Made by a program: the position numbers and the translations under genes. DNA of 64,000 nt, from contig NC_045696.1 in assembly GCF_009834535.1 (NCBI RefSeq), positions 62,188,001 to 62,252,000 on the forward strand. Reading direction: 5' to 3'. A model generated the notes under the pieces. The model ran no database searches. It was not told the origin of the DNA and saw only the letters and a program-made list of their open reading frames with translations. Source of the stretch: Camelus ferus (lineage: Eukaryota). Below are positions 13,410 to 24,024 of this stretch, piece by piece (the first letter of the stretch is position 1; every line of letters begins with the position of its first letter).

Positions 13410-14530
13410 TATGGTCCTTGCGTTCAAGGAGTTCAGGGTCTGGTACAATGTGCAAACAATTACAGGGCATTCAAGACTTGCAAACAAATCATCATTCTAG
13501 AGAGCTTTCTAACAGAGGTTAATACAAAGTGTTAGCCTCTAGCAGCTGGAGGAACACAGAGCAGGGAGCATCCCATCCTTCCCCGGCGATGTAGGAAGGC
13601 TTCTGAAGGAGGCAAAGCTTGACCTTGAGGCTGGGAGGATGAGTAGTTTTCTGTGGTTTCAAGTGTGAGGAAGAGTACACTGCAGAAAAAACCATGACGT
13701 GTGTGAAGTGCCTGGGAAAGAGAGTATATTTTCAGCATGGCTGTGATTTTCAGCAGATGAGCTTGGCGAGGTGAACATTTACCAGGTGGTGAAGAGTTCC
13801 ATATGACAAGCTACCCAATGGTTGATGAGGAAGCAGTGAAGCAAGTGAAGGGCATAATGCAACTTTTGTGTTGGCAAAAATCCTTCTGGAGACAGTGTGG
13901 AAGACATATGGGAGGGTATTGGAAGGGAAGCAGAGAGATCAATTAAGAGGCTACTGCAATGATCTAGGTGAGAGATGATGAGGGCCTGTAATAGGGCAAT
14001 GGACAGAGGGGAAGTGCAGGATGGATGGGAGATCTTTAGAAGATAGAATCCATCATGGAGACAAATTGGATGTTGGGGGAGGGAGAGGACAGAATTGAGA
14101 GTCACTGCAGGGTTTCTGACTTGGGAGTGGGTTGGGTGATGGTATAAAATCATTGAGATTGGGAGGAGCAGAAATGGAGGACAGATGAGTAAAATTTGAA
14201 ATGTACAGAGTTTGGGGAACTGTGATACATCTTGGAGTTGCCTAAAGGACCATGAGGTACAGAGATTTGGAGTGAGTACAGCAAGTGTGCTCTCTAGGCT
14301 AGAAGTAGACCCACCCATGTGGAACCACAGGGCTGAGGCCATGACTCTGTTGAAGGCGCCCTGGGAAGAGTGAGGGAGAGAGAACAGAGGCTGCAGCTCT
14401 GAGGCAGCAACATGAGAGACTGAGGGGTGGTCCAAGGGGAAGAAAGAAGATCAGGAGTGAGTGATGTCAGTCAATGTCACATCTGCTAAAGGACTTCAAG
14501 AAGGAAGGAACAATCTCTAGGTTACAAGTG
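13410..14530 (-). mobile_element. L2 LINE (ORF2 C-terminal region)
   Basis: Purine-rich L2 antisense sequence. The minus-strand translation contains the degenerate L2 ORF2 motif ...LLQALIISHLDHCSSLLIDLSASL (consensus-like LISRLDYCNSLL-GLP). Confidence 0.85.
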
Positions 14531-14549
14531 GCAGACAAGTCCTATGAGA

Positions 14550-14663
14550 TATGTTTCCAAATAAAAATACAGAGTGCCCAATTAAATTTGAATTTCAGAT
14601 TGAAACAAATTTTTTTAGTGTAAGTATATCCTCTACTTTTATCTGCTAAATATGGCAACCCTA
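14550..14663. mobile_element. MER53-like hAT MITE (partial)
   Basis: caaataaaaatacagagtgcccaattaaatttgaatttcagat...tttttagtgtaagtat...tggcaacccta matches the MER53 arm and terminal repeat. Confidence 0.75.
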
Positions 14664-15139
14664 GTAAGATAAAGACTAAAATGTGCACATAAATGTGATA
14701 GTTAAAGCAGGATCAGAGGACTGCGGGGAGCAGAAGGAGGAGGGGACTTAGAGGCAGTGCATGTGAACCAATCTTTGTACAAATCAGGCTGTGAAGCAGT
14801 CGGGTAAGGGGCAGGGTTAAGGCACAGGATTTTCCTAAGGGGAGCAAGGCACTATATGCTGAATCACCCTCACCTGCCCCCACCAGCCAGAAAACACGTG
14901 AGGTTCAAGACAATATCTTCTTTGTCTTTGTAATCAAAGTGCTGATCTGCCCAGACCCTTTCTCTTGTGCATCAGAAACTCAGTAAGTGGTTGCTAAATT
15001 AAATTCTTAGACTGGGTTTCTCCAAGCCTGTAGAAAAGAACTGAGATAATCCAGGAGATGCCTCACTTCTGCCTCTATGTAAAAATTATGACCCAGCATA
15101 TTTTGGGTAAATACAGTTAATGTGTATCAGAATAATCTG

Positions 15140-15720
15140 GGAAATTGCCTCACTTCTCCACCTCTACTTACCAGCAAAGGCACATCTGAGAGGCCAACAG
15201 TCCTTTCTCCCTCCCTGAGAATACATAGTAGCAGCAGGAGCAGCTGGGAATCTCTTAATTGCCTTGTGCTTGTCAAGACTATGCAACTTTCCAGGTGAGT
15301 GAAACAGATTCTGAATATCTGGCTGAGGGGAAAACAAAATAAAACAAAGCTTGCACCAAACCAGCAGAGTAAGCTTCTCAAGAGGGTTTTTGAGGCCGGT
15401 GGGAAACATCATCATCCTTCGGCCTGGTCTGATGTTTGCTGCTTCGCTTGGCTTACACACCGCCTCTCCTCCTTTACACAGCTAAGTGAAATCTACTCAC
15501 CCTGTCAGAGGAATAAACCGACCACAAAACAAACCTATTAAAAGGCCGCTCAGGCTTACTTTAAGTGAGCCAAAGCAAGCAAGCAAAAGCACAGGTGCTT
15601 CTGAAGACAGGTCTTCTGCATTTCTGCTCCTAACTCCCTCTTGAGTCAACACTAGAGATCCCATGGACTCTGCTCGGGCGGGAGGAAGCGGGTGCAGACA
15701 CTGAAGTGAGGGCTCAGGGG
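15140..15720 (-). promoter_or_regulatory. Candidate promoter/enhancer in unique sequence with clustered minus-strand splice donors
   Basis: GC box GGGCGGGA (15676), ETS-type GAGGAAG (15682), AP-1 TGAGTCA (15642), RUNX GACCACA (15520). Minus-strand donors at 15559, 15500, 15456 and 15171. Motif evidence only. Confidence 0.35.
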
Positions 15721-15984
15721 CTCTGCACCTGCTATGGTACAGAATAGAGGCCCCAGGATATGTCTGGAGGGGACAGGGTCTGGGGTTGCTTTCTGTTGGT
15801 GGAAGGAGAAAGGAAAAATGGTTTAATGGAAAAGCTTGGATTTTGAAGTTGCATTAGACCTGAGTTCAATCCCAGATCTACCCTACTCTAGTTTAGTAGT
15901 TTGGGGATCTATAACATGGTGGTTGACAACAAAGCTTTTGAGTTGGACACGTTTGGATTTAATTTTTAGTGCTACCAGAGGAAT

Positions 15985-17010
15985 AAGGATAATACTTTTC
16001 TAAATACCTTCCTTATATTGTCTTCTTGCAGTCATTCTGCTTTTGTGGCTCTAAGAAAGAGAAAAGATGAACAGCACTCCAGGAAGGAGGAGGACCTGAT
16101 ACAGGGAACGTCCCTGTCAAACAGCTGGGGGGGAAGAAAGCCCTTTCAATGTGGGGAGGAGGATGGGGAGGCAAGAGGGAAGGGAAGAAGGGCACAGAAG
16201 TGGAGGATTGAAGACCATCAGTTCAGTTGAGGAAGATTCTAGAGCAGTAGTCTGTGCTCCTCTTCTTAGATTGCCTTAGAGGACCCCACACTGACCTGGG
16301 GTGGGCTCATGGAGCAGAGAGCAGGCCCGAGGCAGAACTGTCCCCCAGCGTGGTGTTCCCCAGTCTGAGCAAGGAGCTGCTGGAGGCCCCCAGTGGGGAA
16401 CACAGAAGGTCAGCTGAGGCCAACAGGCCCACCACAGTGGGGAGTGACCCAAAGCAGAGACTGTGAGGAGGGCTGCCCATGACACAAGGGACAGGCTGAG
16501 ACCCAGGCCTGCTGCACCAGTGAGACCAGGGGCGCCACTGAGTCAGCAGCAGGGAGGAGAGGGGAGGGGACATCACATCTGGCAGCCAGGCCTAGAGACC
16601 AGGCCGAGAGCTTCTGCAGCGTGGACTTGCAGGTGTGAATAGGGACCTGCGAGCAGGCGCAGTAGGGACTTAGGGTGTGAGAACCTAGAGGACAAGGACC
16701 AAACTTCTCAGGAGGAGAGGAGGAGCAAAACCGAGAGAAGGAGACAGCCTGGGAAGAAGTTTGAGCTCTGAGTTATTTAAATACTTGTTCAAAAGAAACT
16801 GTGATAACTGGAAAAAACAAATAAAACAACATCTCCTTTACTCCCATCCTCCCTCAAAAAAAACCTCCCTGAGATCTTTGGCTTGATGAATTTATTTTTT
16901 TCCTGCTCCTTAGTGGGATTTGGGGCTCTAGAGGTCAAAATCATCAGTTATGGAAAGTAAAGGACCCCACTAATTATGCATATTGGAGGTACAGTGTATA
17001 AATTTACAGC
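15985..17010 (+). mobile_element. Ancient Gypsy-type solo LTR (MamGypLTR-like), apparently inside a MIR
   Basis: The 3' part (ttagtgggatttggggctctagaggtcaaaatc...ggaaagtaaag...cagtgtataaatttaca) resembles MamGypLTR1. A MIR head ends at about 15976 and the MIR core resumes at about 17030. Confidence 0.5.
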
Positions 17011-17029
17011 TCTCTCTTCCTCTAGAGGA

Positions 17030-17210
17030 GCTTTGTAAACTTGGACTATCTACTTAACTTCTTTGAGCCTCAGTTTCCTCATCTACAAAATGGGAATAAT
17101 ACAACTTCCAAAGGGTTGTTGGGTGTATTAAATGAAATGATGCCTGTGAAGCACTGGGTACAGCACTCCGCACATAGTTGCACCTATTAATGGTTACATA
17201 ACATTATTAC
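17030..17210 (+). mobile_element. MIR SINE core and tail
   Basis: acttaacttctttgagcctcagtttcctcatctacaaaatgggaataata...aaatgaaatgatgcctgtgaagcact. Confidence 0.85.
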
Positions 17211-17869
17211 TTAGCTTCCATGAGCTTTATTTTCTACCTCTGTAAGCTGGGATTGCAATATCCATCTTATGCAATAGATTTTCAAATAGTGTTAATTTCC
17301 CTTTACGCTCTGTTCCCTTTTCTGAAGAGCTACCGTTTACCTTATCTCATCTGCTACCTCAAATAAATACATCAACCAAGAGTGTTCTGCTCTCTGCAGA
17401 TCTCTCCTGAGTGTTTCCGAGATGATACATGCACAGTATTTATCACTTACAGTCTGCTGGTTGAGCGGGGAGGGGGCAAATGTTTATGTCTTTATCATAG
17501 AAGGGGAAAATGATGAGTGGATAACAAAAGTACTGCAGTAATTCAGAAGAGGCAGTGTTGATTTCTAGTTAGAAGTCAGGGAGTACTTCCTGCATCACAT
17601 GGTATTTGAACCACAGCTTGAAAAAAGAGAAATACTTAGGCATGTGAAGACTGGGGAAGGCAGTCTAGGTAGAGAACTATGAAAGCAAAGGCACAATTTG
17701 GAATATATCTTGAGATGGGTGGGTGGTTCTGTGTGACCAGAACAGAGAATATGAAAGGTAGAGGGGAAAACGTAGGCTGGAGAGCTGGGTACAGGCCTGA
17801 TACGATGGGCCTATGATACTACCAAGCTAATAGTTGTCAACTTTTCACTTTCTCATAATGTTTCATGAA

Positions 17870-18080
17870 ACTAAAATGTATTGAGCTCCAGATACATGTG
17901 AACCACTGCATTTAGACCATTGTTCTATGTATAGTATGTCTAAACCTCATGGCCATGCTGGAACATAGGTATTCACAGAGGAGGAAACTGGGATTTGGAG
18001 AGGTTAAATAACTTACTTAAGATCACACAGCCAGAAAGTAATCCACTGAGAATAAAATCTGGGCTTCCCTGATGCAAAAC
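17870..18080 (-). mobile_element. MIR SINE
   Basis: cacagaggaggaaactgggatttggagaggttaaataacttacttaagatcacacagccag. Confidence 0.75.
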
Positions 18081-21000
18081 TGTTGCCATGAGACCAGGCT
18101 TTTAGGCCTTACCTGTTCTACCTGTTTCCTTGTGAAAGGACCACTTCTTTCCAGTTCCTATGTATAAGGAAGTTCACTTATCAATAAATTAGCAGGAAGG
18201 GTGAGCTGGAAGCAGTCTGAGGAACTGAGACCCAATGGGAGATGTTTTTGGTTCTAGGATTCAGGGTCCTGGAAAGCTGCCAGAAGGAACCTCCTCCAAA
18301 TGGTCCCAGGACTGTCCTGGCAATCTTGAACCACCCAGGATACACACCCAGCTTAAGAAGGTAATGGGAGCCTAAATAAGGGAAACCCCAAGATACTTTC
18401 ATCTTCTGTGTACTTATGTTCCATTTAAGTCCCAAGGGATTACATTTTGAGGTGGGTCTTAAGTCAGGATATATGAGATTAATGTTTATTTGAGAAGGAT
18501 CAGAAATACCCATTTCCTCAGCTGGAACCGACAGTGAGACTCAAGACATTTTTAGTTTTGTACCACAAAGCTTCTCTCTGACCCTGTGAGCCCTGGGGAA
18601 GTGACTGAGGCTCTGAGAGACAGGTTGAATTCTCCAAGCTCACACCGACAGGAAGAGGCAGAGTCAAGATGAGAGCCCAGGGACTGTGATCCTGGCTTTG
18701 TACCTGCACTGCTCAAAGGAAAATAAACTCACCTAATCAGAGGACTAAAAAACAGTTTATACTCTCGATGGCCTGTGACTGGTTTTACGAGAATCACAGA
18801 ATTTTTACAGCTAGAGAAGACAGTAAGGTCATTTCGTCCAATTAACTCATTTTATAGATGATAACACTGAGCTTCAGAATAGGAAACTGACTTGCCCAAG
18901 AACACAACACGTTTGGTGGTGGAACTTGGTCTAGATCACAGATCCACTGACTGTGGTCAGTGCTCTTTCCATTAATGCTTAATAATATGTTCCACAGACT
19001 ATTAACTACCCCGACTCCCATATCCCCACCCCACACACTCACATGTGGAGAGTCAAGAGGTCATCAATCACTGCCTTCTATTTAGACAGGCATACATTTC
19101 CAAGTTCATGAAGATAAAAATGTGTCCTAATTTCAAATCAATTCCCCAGACATCTGGTACTTTTCTGGTTTGAAAGCCCCTACATTTTTTCAGCATAAGT
19201 CTTAGAAAGTCAAAGCAGAGAATTGGCTCCCATGCTCCAGCCCATTTTTTCACGAAGCTCCCAAATGCTAAACAGATTCCCTTCACTCTCTATGACAAGA
19301 ACCATCTCTCTGGCCCAGCTTCTACCCCGATTTCTCACTCCAGGAGGATGCATGGCCCCACAGCCATCTCCTGCAGGGGCAGCCAGCAAGCATTCCCGGC
19401 TGTTCCAACCTCTGGAAGAAAAGGCCTGGAGCCCCTCTCTTTCCTAGTATCATTTTTCTAGGAGGGGGCCATGACTTGCTCCCATTAACTCAGGAAGAGG
19501 CTGTTTCCTGTCACTTCTTGCAATGAGGTATTTCCTGGAGCCTGAGAAGGAACCTAGGTCTCTGCTCCCCTGGGAATAGTGCCACTCTCTTGTCCGTTTT
19601 CCCAGAAGCCCCTTTCTCTAGGTCTGACATGACTTTCTCCTCCAAGACAGATCTGGGGAGGATCCATTTGTATTCCTGCCCTGCATTCCAGCAGTCTCTG
19701 GGGTACTGTGGCTGGAAATGATTTGCACAGGGAACTCAGCCAGCTTCCCTTTTAATCACTCGCATACTCAGAGGCAGGGAATCCTGCCCCGCTCACCTGG
19801 GGGATGGAAGGATCCTCCCTCGCTTTGTTGGAGTCTCCCTAAGTGCTGTGATAAACAGTGAGTCCAGTCTCCAGGAAAGATGCTGTAAAAAGCCTCCTTC
19901 TCCAAGGGTTAATTATGAAATCAATATCTTCAGGAGCCCCTCCCCTACCCCAGAGCTTCTGCAAAGCAGACACTGCTCAGATAATATCCAAACATCCATT
20001 CACCCCGCAGTGCTTCCTGAGCACCACTCTGACTGAGGAGGAGGGGGATTGAGCTGGGCCTGGAATAACAGGCAGGATTTGCTGAGGACTTTCAGGCAGG
20101 GAGATGGTATAAGCCAAGGCTTGGGAGAATGAATGACCTGGGGGGTGGGGGTGGGGTGTGAGGGAGCAGGAGTCAGGGGGTAGCTGGAGGGCAACAGAGA
20201 TCTTGTTGGGCAGGAGGGAGTGATGACTAGTCACGGTCCTAGCAGGAAACAGAGGATACACCCAAAATGGTATAATTTGAAAATGAGTTTATTTGCAAAG
20301 GTGTGGTTGTATGAGAACCATAAAGAATAGTGCAGTAAGCAGGGCTCAGTAAGAGCCAAGGCATTACCACTTTTAGGCACAGAGAGACAGTGACTGGAGC
20401 AGAGAGAGGCAGGTAGAACTGAGCTGCCTTAGAAGAACAGAGGCCTCAGTCAAGCACATAGCCGGCTTGAGGCAACCTTGCGGGGAGAGAGCCAGGCAGA
20501 GGCAGATTTACAGTGAAGCTGGTCAAGTTTGAGCTGACCAGGTTCACAGTTGCCGGGCCCCTTCCTAGGCCTAGGGAAGACCCCTAGCCACGTGTTCATA
20601 TGTCCCATGTTTCTGTGAACTTTGGGGGGAAATTTTGTAAAGATGAGGTATTTTTGATCTCAGTTCCCCTCTACCACACACATCCTATGTTGGGTGGCTT
20701 TGGAGGCGTTGTGGGCATTTTTAGGATCGTGTTAAAGAGAAGATGAGTTTGGGTTTGGTGAGATATATTTAAGTTGCTCACAGTCACTTTGTATATATTT
20801 AATTCACTGCTAGCTGTCCTCATGTAGGGATGGCTTCCAGGAATACTCTTACTGCCAACTCATCTGATGCCATGTCTTAAAGGTAGGTAGAGGTCATGTT
20901 GTAATACGAATGTGTCCTTTGGTGCCCAGCATGGATGTTTGTGAGTAGTGAAGAGAACAGAAGTTTGTGTGAGGAATGAGAAGCTGGTCTGTGGCCCATC

Positions 21001-21327
21001 ATCAGGCATAAAATTTCAAGTGTAAATTCAGTTCGCATTGTCAGAAATACAATACAGCACATGCAACTATAAATGCACCATACTATTTTCTTTTTAAATA
21101 GCATTTCACATGTTCTCAGATTCTGTGTTTATAGCCTATAAGCATATAAAAATTTCAGATCCTATCAAAATTAGCAATTTATTAAGACAAAGAAAATGCA
21201 AATAGAAATAAAGGACCTTGGATTCTTTGATAATCTTATTGACAAAGGGGAGTAAAGCATACGAACTCATTGGGAAAAGATTTACATTTCTTGCTGCTTT
21301 GATACGAAATCCTGACATCTATGAAGA

Positions 21328-21552
21328 TGTCCTAGATCAGGTTTCCTGGAAACGGCCTATGAAGTGGAAAGTTGCATGCAACTTCCTTACTGTGGAGAGC
21401 TCCCAGGAGATACACCTGTAAGGAAATGAGGATGGCAGGACTGGGAGAAGCTGACAAGCATGTGGCCTCAGCAGATCCAATATTCCAGCAGCTGAGGGAT
21501 GGCTCAGTGCCCCCATGAGGGAATCTGGGCAAAACCACACAGCACCCTGTAT
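21328..21552 (-). mobile_element. LTR16-type ERVL solo LTR (internally deleted) nested in the hAT element
   Basis: tgtcctagatcaggtttcctggaa...gagatacacctgtaaggaaatgagg...ggcctcagcagatcc...gaatctgggcaaaaccacacagca. Confidence 0.6.
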
Positions 21553-21932
21553 GAAAGACAACAGCAAACTCATGATATGCCACAGTAATGGGGCCCAAAG
21601 ACAAGCTGGTTTATACATGTTAGCAATTCAAAGAGTATTTAAGATTAGTTCCTGCACAAGAAAATTTGAAATGCCCTAAATCTTCATTGTATGTGGAAGA
21701 AAATGATAGAAGTCTTCCCAAACTGGACAGCAATCTCAAATTCTTACATGATATTACAATGAGTTGTAGAACTAAAACGGTCTACGTTACCAATTAAAAA
21801 CCCCCAAATTCTAATCAAACAACTAGAAGAAGGACTGGATTGTATTTCTGGTCTTTCTGTAGAAAATTTTATTACGAAGTTGTCAGATGAAGAGGCAAAG
21901 AGTATGCTGCCAAGAAGAGAAAAAGAAAAAAG

Positions 21933-22062
21933 AAAAAGAAAAATACTGTTATTTTTCTGCATCTAGTGATATCTTTGATATTTGTAGACCAATAAAAAAA
22001 GAAAAATACTGTTATTTTTTTCTGTATTTCATAGTATCTTTGGTATTTGTGGACCAATAAAA
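21933..22062 (+). repeat. Two-copy tandem duplication, unit about 63-67 bp
   Basis: aaaaagaaaaatactgttatttttctgcatctagtgatatctttgatatttgtagaccaataa is followed by aaaaagaaaaatactgttatttttttctgtatttcatagtatctttggtatttgtggaccaataaaa. Confidence 0.85.
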
Positions 22063-22959
22063 TTGTAAGCTTCGGTCTCATAAAAATCAAATCACAGATC
22101 TAGAGGAATAAATACCCTGTTATTCACACTCCTCACTCCCTCAGATATCCCTCTGGGGTGCCCCAATAGCTGAACCCAACAAAAGCCAGAGGCTACCATA
22201 GGATAGCCCCAAACTCAGCTTGTATTTTAGTCATTTTAGTCATGAAAAATGAAGTCTGAGTGACATGAAACAAAAGCATATATGGAAGGAGCCTTTAATC
22301 TGGGGTTGTAAAACATGCCTGCACTCACCACTCACCAGCAGCCCACTAAGGCAAAGCCCTGCAGCCACGTACAGGCGGGAAGACTGCCTGCTCCTCTCCT
22401 CCTCTCTGTGGCCTGGGCAGAGGGGGCTCCTCTGTGAGGAGAACACTGTGAGGGCAAGGGGCACAGCACCATCTCCTTGGACATGACCCCTAATCAGAGG
22501 CTGTGGTTGCTCCTTTCACTATTTACAGCCCTTTTATCCTGAACGTCTGATTCATGCCCCTCCGTCCTCCAAGCTGTAAGTGAGGCCCTTTCTGCTGGTC
22601 TCTGCCTCATCCAGTCAACTCCCAGCTGCAGCTCTGCACAGCCAGTGCCAGCTGCACACACAGAATCAGAGGGGCCTCTGCCCTTGGAGGGTAGGAGCAC
22701 AGGTTTGAGGTAGAAATGCCAGAACCCGCTTCCTCTGTTGGCTCCTTTGTGACCTTCTTGGGTAACTGAAGTCCTGGTATCTTTCCCTAGATCTTTCCCT
22801 GGTTTGCTGAGATCCCAAGAGATTCCATAATGACCCTCTCCTTTCCTCATCCCACACCAAGTGCTCTCCTTGACGGATCCCTCCCATGCTTTGTCCTCCA
22901 CCCAGAAACAAGGAGTCCTAAATCTGCTATCTCCCACCAGCTGGCCTTCCCCAGGTCCT

Positions 22960-23320
22960 TTGATCCAACTCCCTCTCTTATCCAATATACCCCTGCTTGA
23001 GTGTCCCCATATACGTCAGGGGCAATATATTCAAAACCAAACTTGCTAAATTCTAACAATTCTTCCTACATAATATTGCCCAGATCTGTCCTTTCCTTTT
23101 CTTTCTCCCTGTCACTCCCTTACATAGGCTCTGGTTACCTCGGGTCCAGATTATTGTAACCACCTGTCAGAATCCGCCCTCACAGTGCCATGATGAGATT
23201 CCAAAAACTGATCGTGTCACTCCTCTCCTCCAAAACCTTCTGTGGCTCCCTGTGGCTTTATAAATTGAATCCAGATCCCTCAGTCTGGCCATCTTTATAC
23301 TGTAACCAAGCATGCATCTG
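22960..23320 (+). mobile_element. L2 LINE fragment
   Basis: ccagattattgtaaccacctg...tgatcgtgtcactcctctcctccaaaaccttctgtggctccc...aaattgaatccagatccctcagtctggcc. Confidence 0.7.
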
Positions 23321-23692
23321 ACATTGGAGTTATTTTTAAATATATAATCATGTATTTATTGTTTGCCCCAGACTACCTCTCCCCACTCCCCGTGTTAGAC
23401 AGTGAAATTTGTTGGCACTCAGGGAGCACTAGCTAAATAAATGAATGCCTTCACCTTGGTTTCCCTTTCTAGCTCACGACTAGACTAGGCTAGACCACCC
23501 ACGACTCTCCCCGACTTCCCTTCCCACCCTCAGGCTTGTCAAACTCAAGTGCTTACTGTTCTCCCTCCTCTCCTGCCCAGCTTTTCTCCTCATCAGCACC
23601 TGCACACATCGGTTCTCCACTGGGGGGGTCTTTCCTAGCCCTCCGGCCCCTCCTTCCCAACCTCCGTCAACATACGTGTGTTTGGCACTTGT

Positions 23693-23728
23693 ACACACAC
23701 ACACACACACACACACGCTCACACACAC
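23693..23728. repeat. (AC)12 microsatellite with an interrupted extension
   Basis: Read directly. Confidence 0.95.
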
Positions 23729-24024
23729 GACTGCTTTCTCCACGAAGCCTCTCTTGCTTCTTTCTCCTCCCCCCTTCTCTCTCCAGGAATTAATCTCCTC
23801 TCAGAACTCCGTTAGTATTCATTCGTCTGCCTCCTATGGCTTGCATCATATTTTGCTGACCTATTTCACTTACTGGTCTACAAGTCTTACCTCCTCTACC
23901 AGACAGAGAATACCTCCAGGACTCAGCTGTGTATGAGTCATTTTTCTCCCCAGCAGCAGCTGGCCTACAGTGGGCATTTATGAATGGATTAATGGACCCA
24001 TCTGCCCTTCAAAGCATGAAGGTC

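Larger units (their letters stand above)
20497..22096 (+). mobile_element. hAT-Tip100 DNA transposon relic (Zaphod/MER115-like) with a decayed transposase C-terminus
   Basis: Starts cagaggcagatttacagtgaagct...gggccccttcctaggcc like MER115/Zaphod. About 21705-21915 translates to broken hAT dimerisation-domain-like text (IEVFPN...; LEEGLDCISGLSVENFITKLSDEEAK). Confidence 0.75.
20224..22200 (-). mobile_element. ERVL-type solo LTR (LTR41-like), split into 20224-20496 and 22105-22200 by a hAT insertion
   Basis: actagtcacggtcctagcaggaaacagaggatacacccaaa...ggggagagagccagg resumes as ggaataaataccc...ctgaacccaacaaaagccagaggc. Confidence 0.6.
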
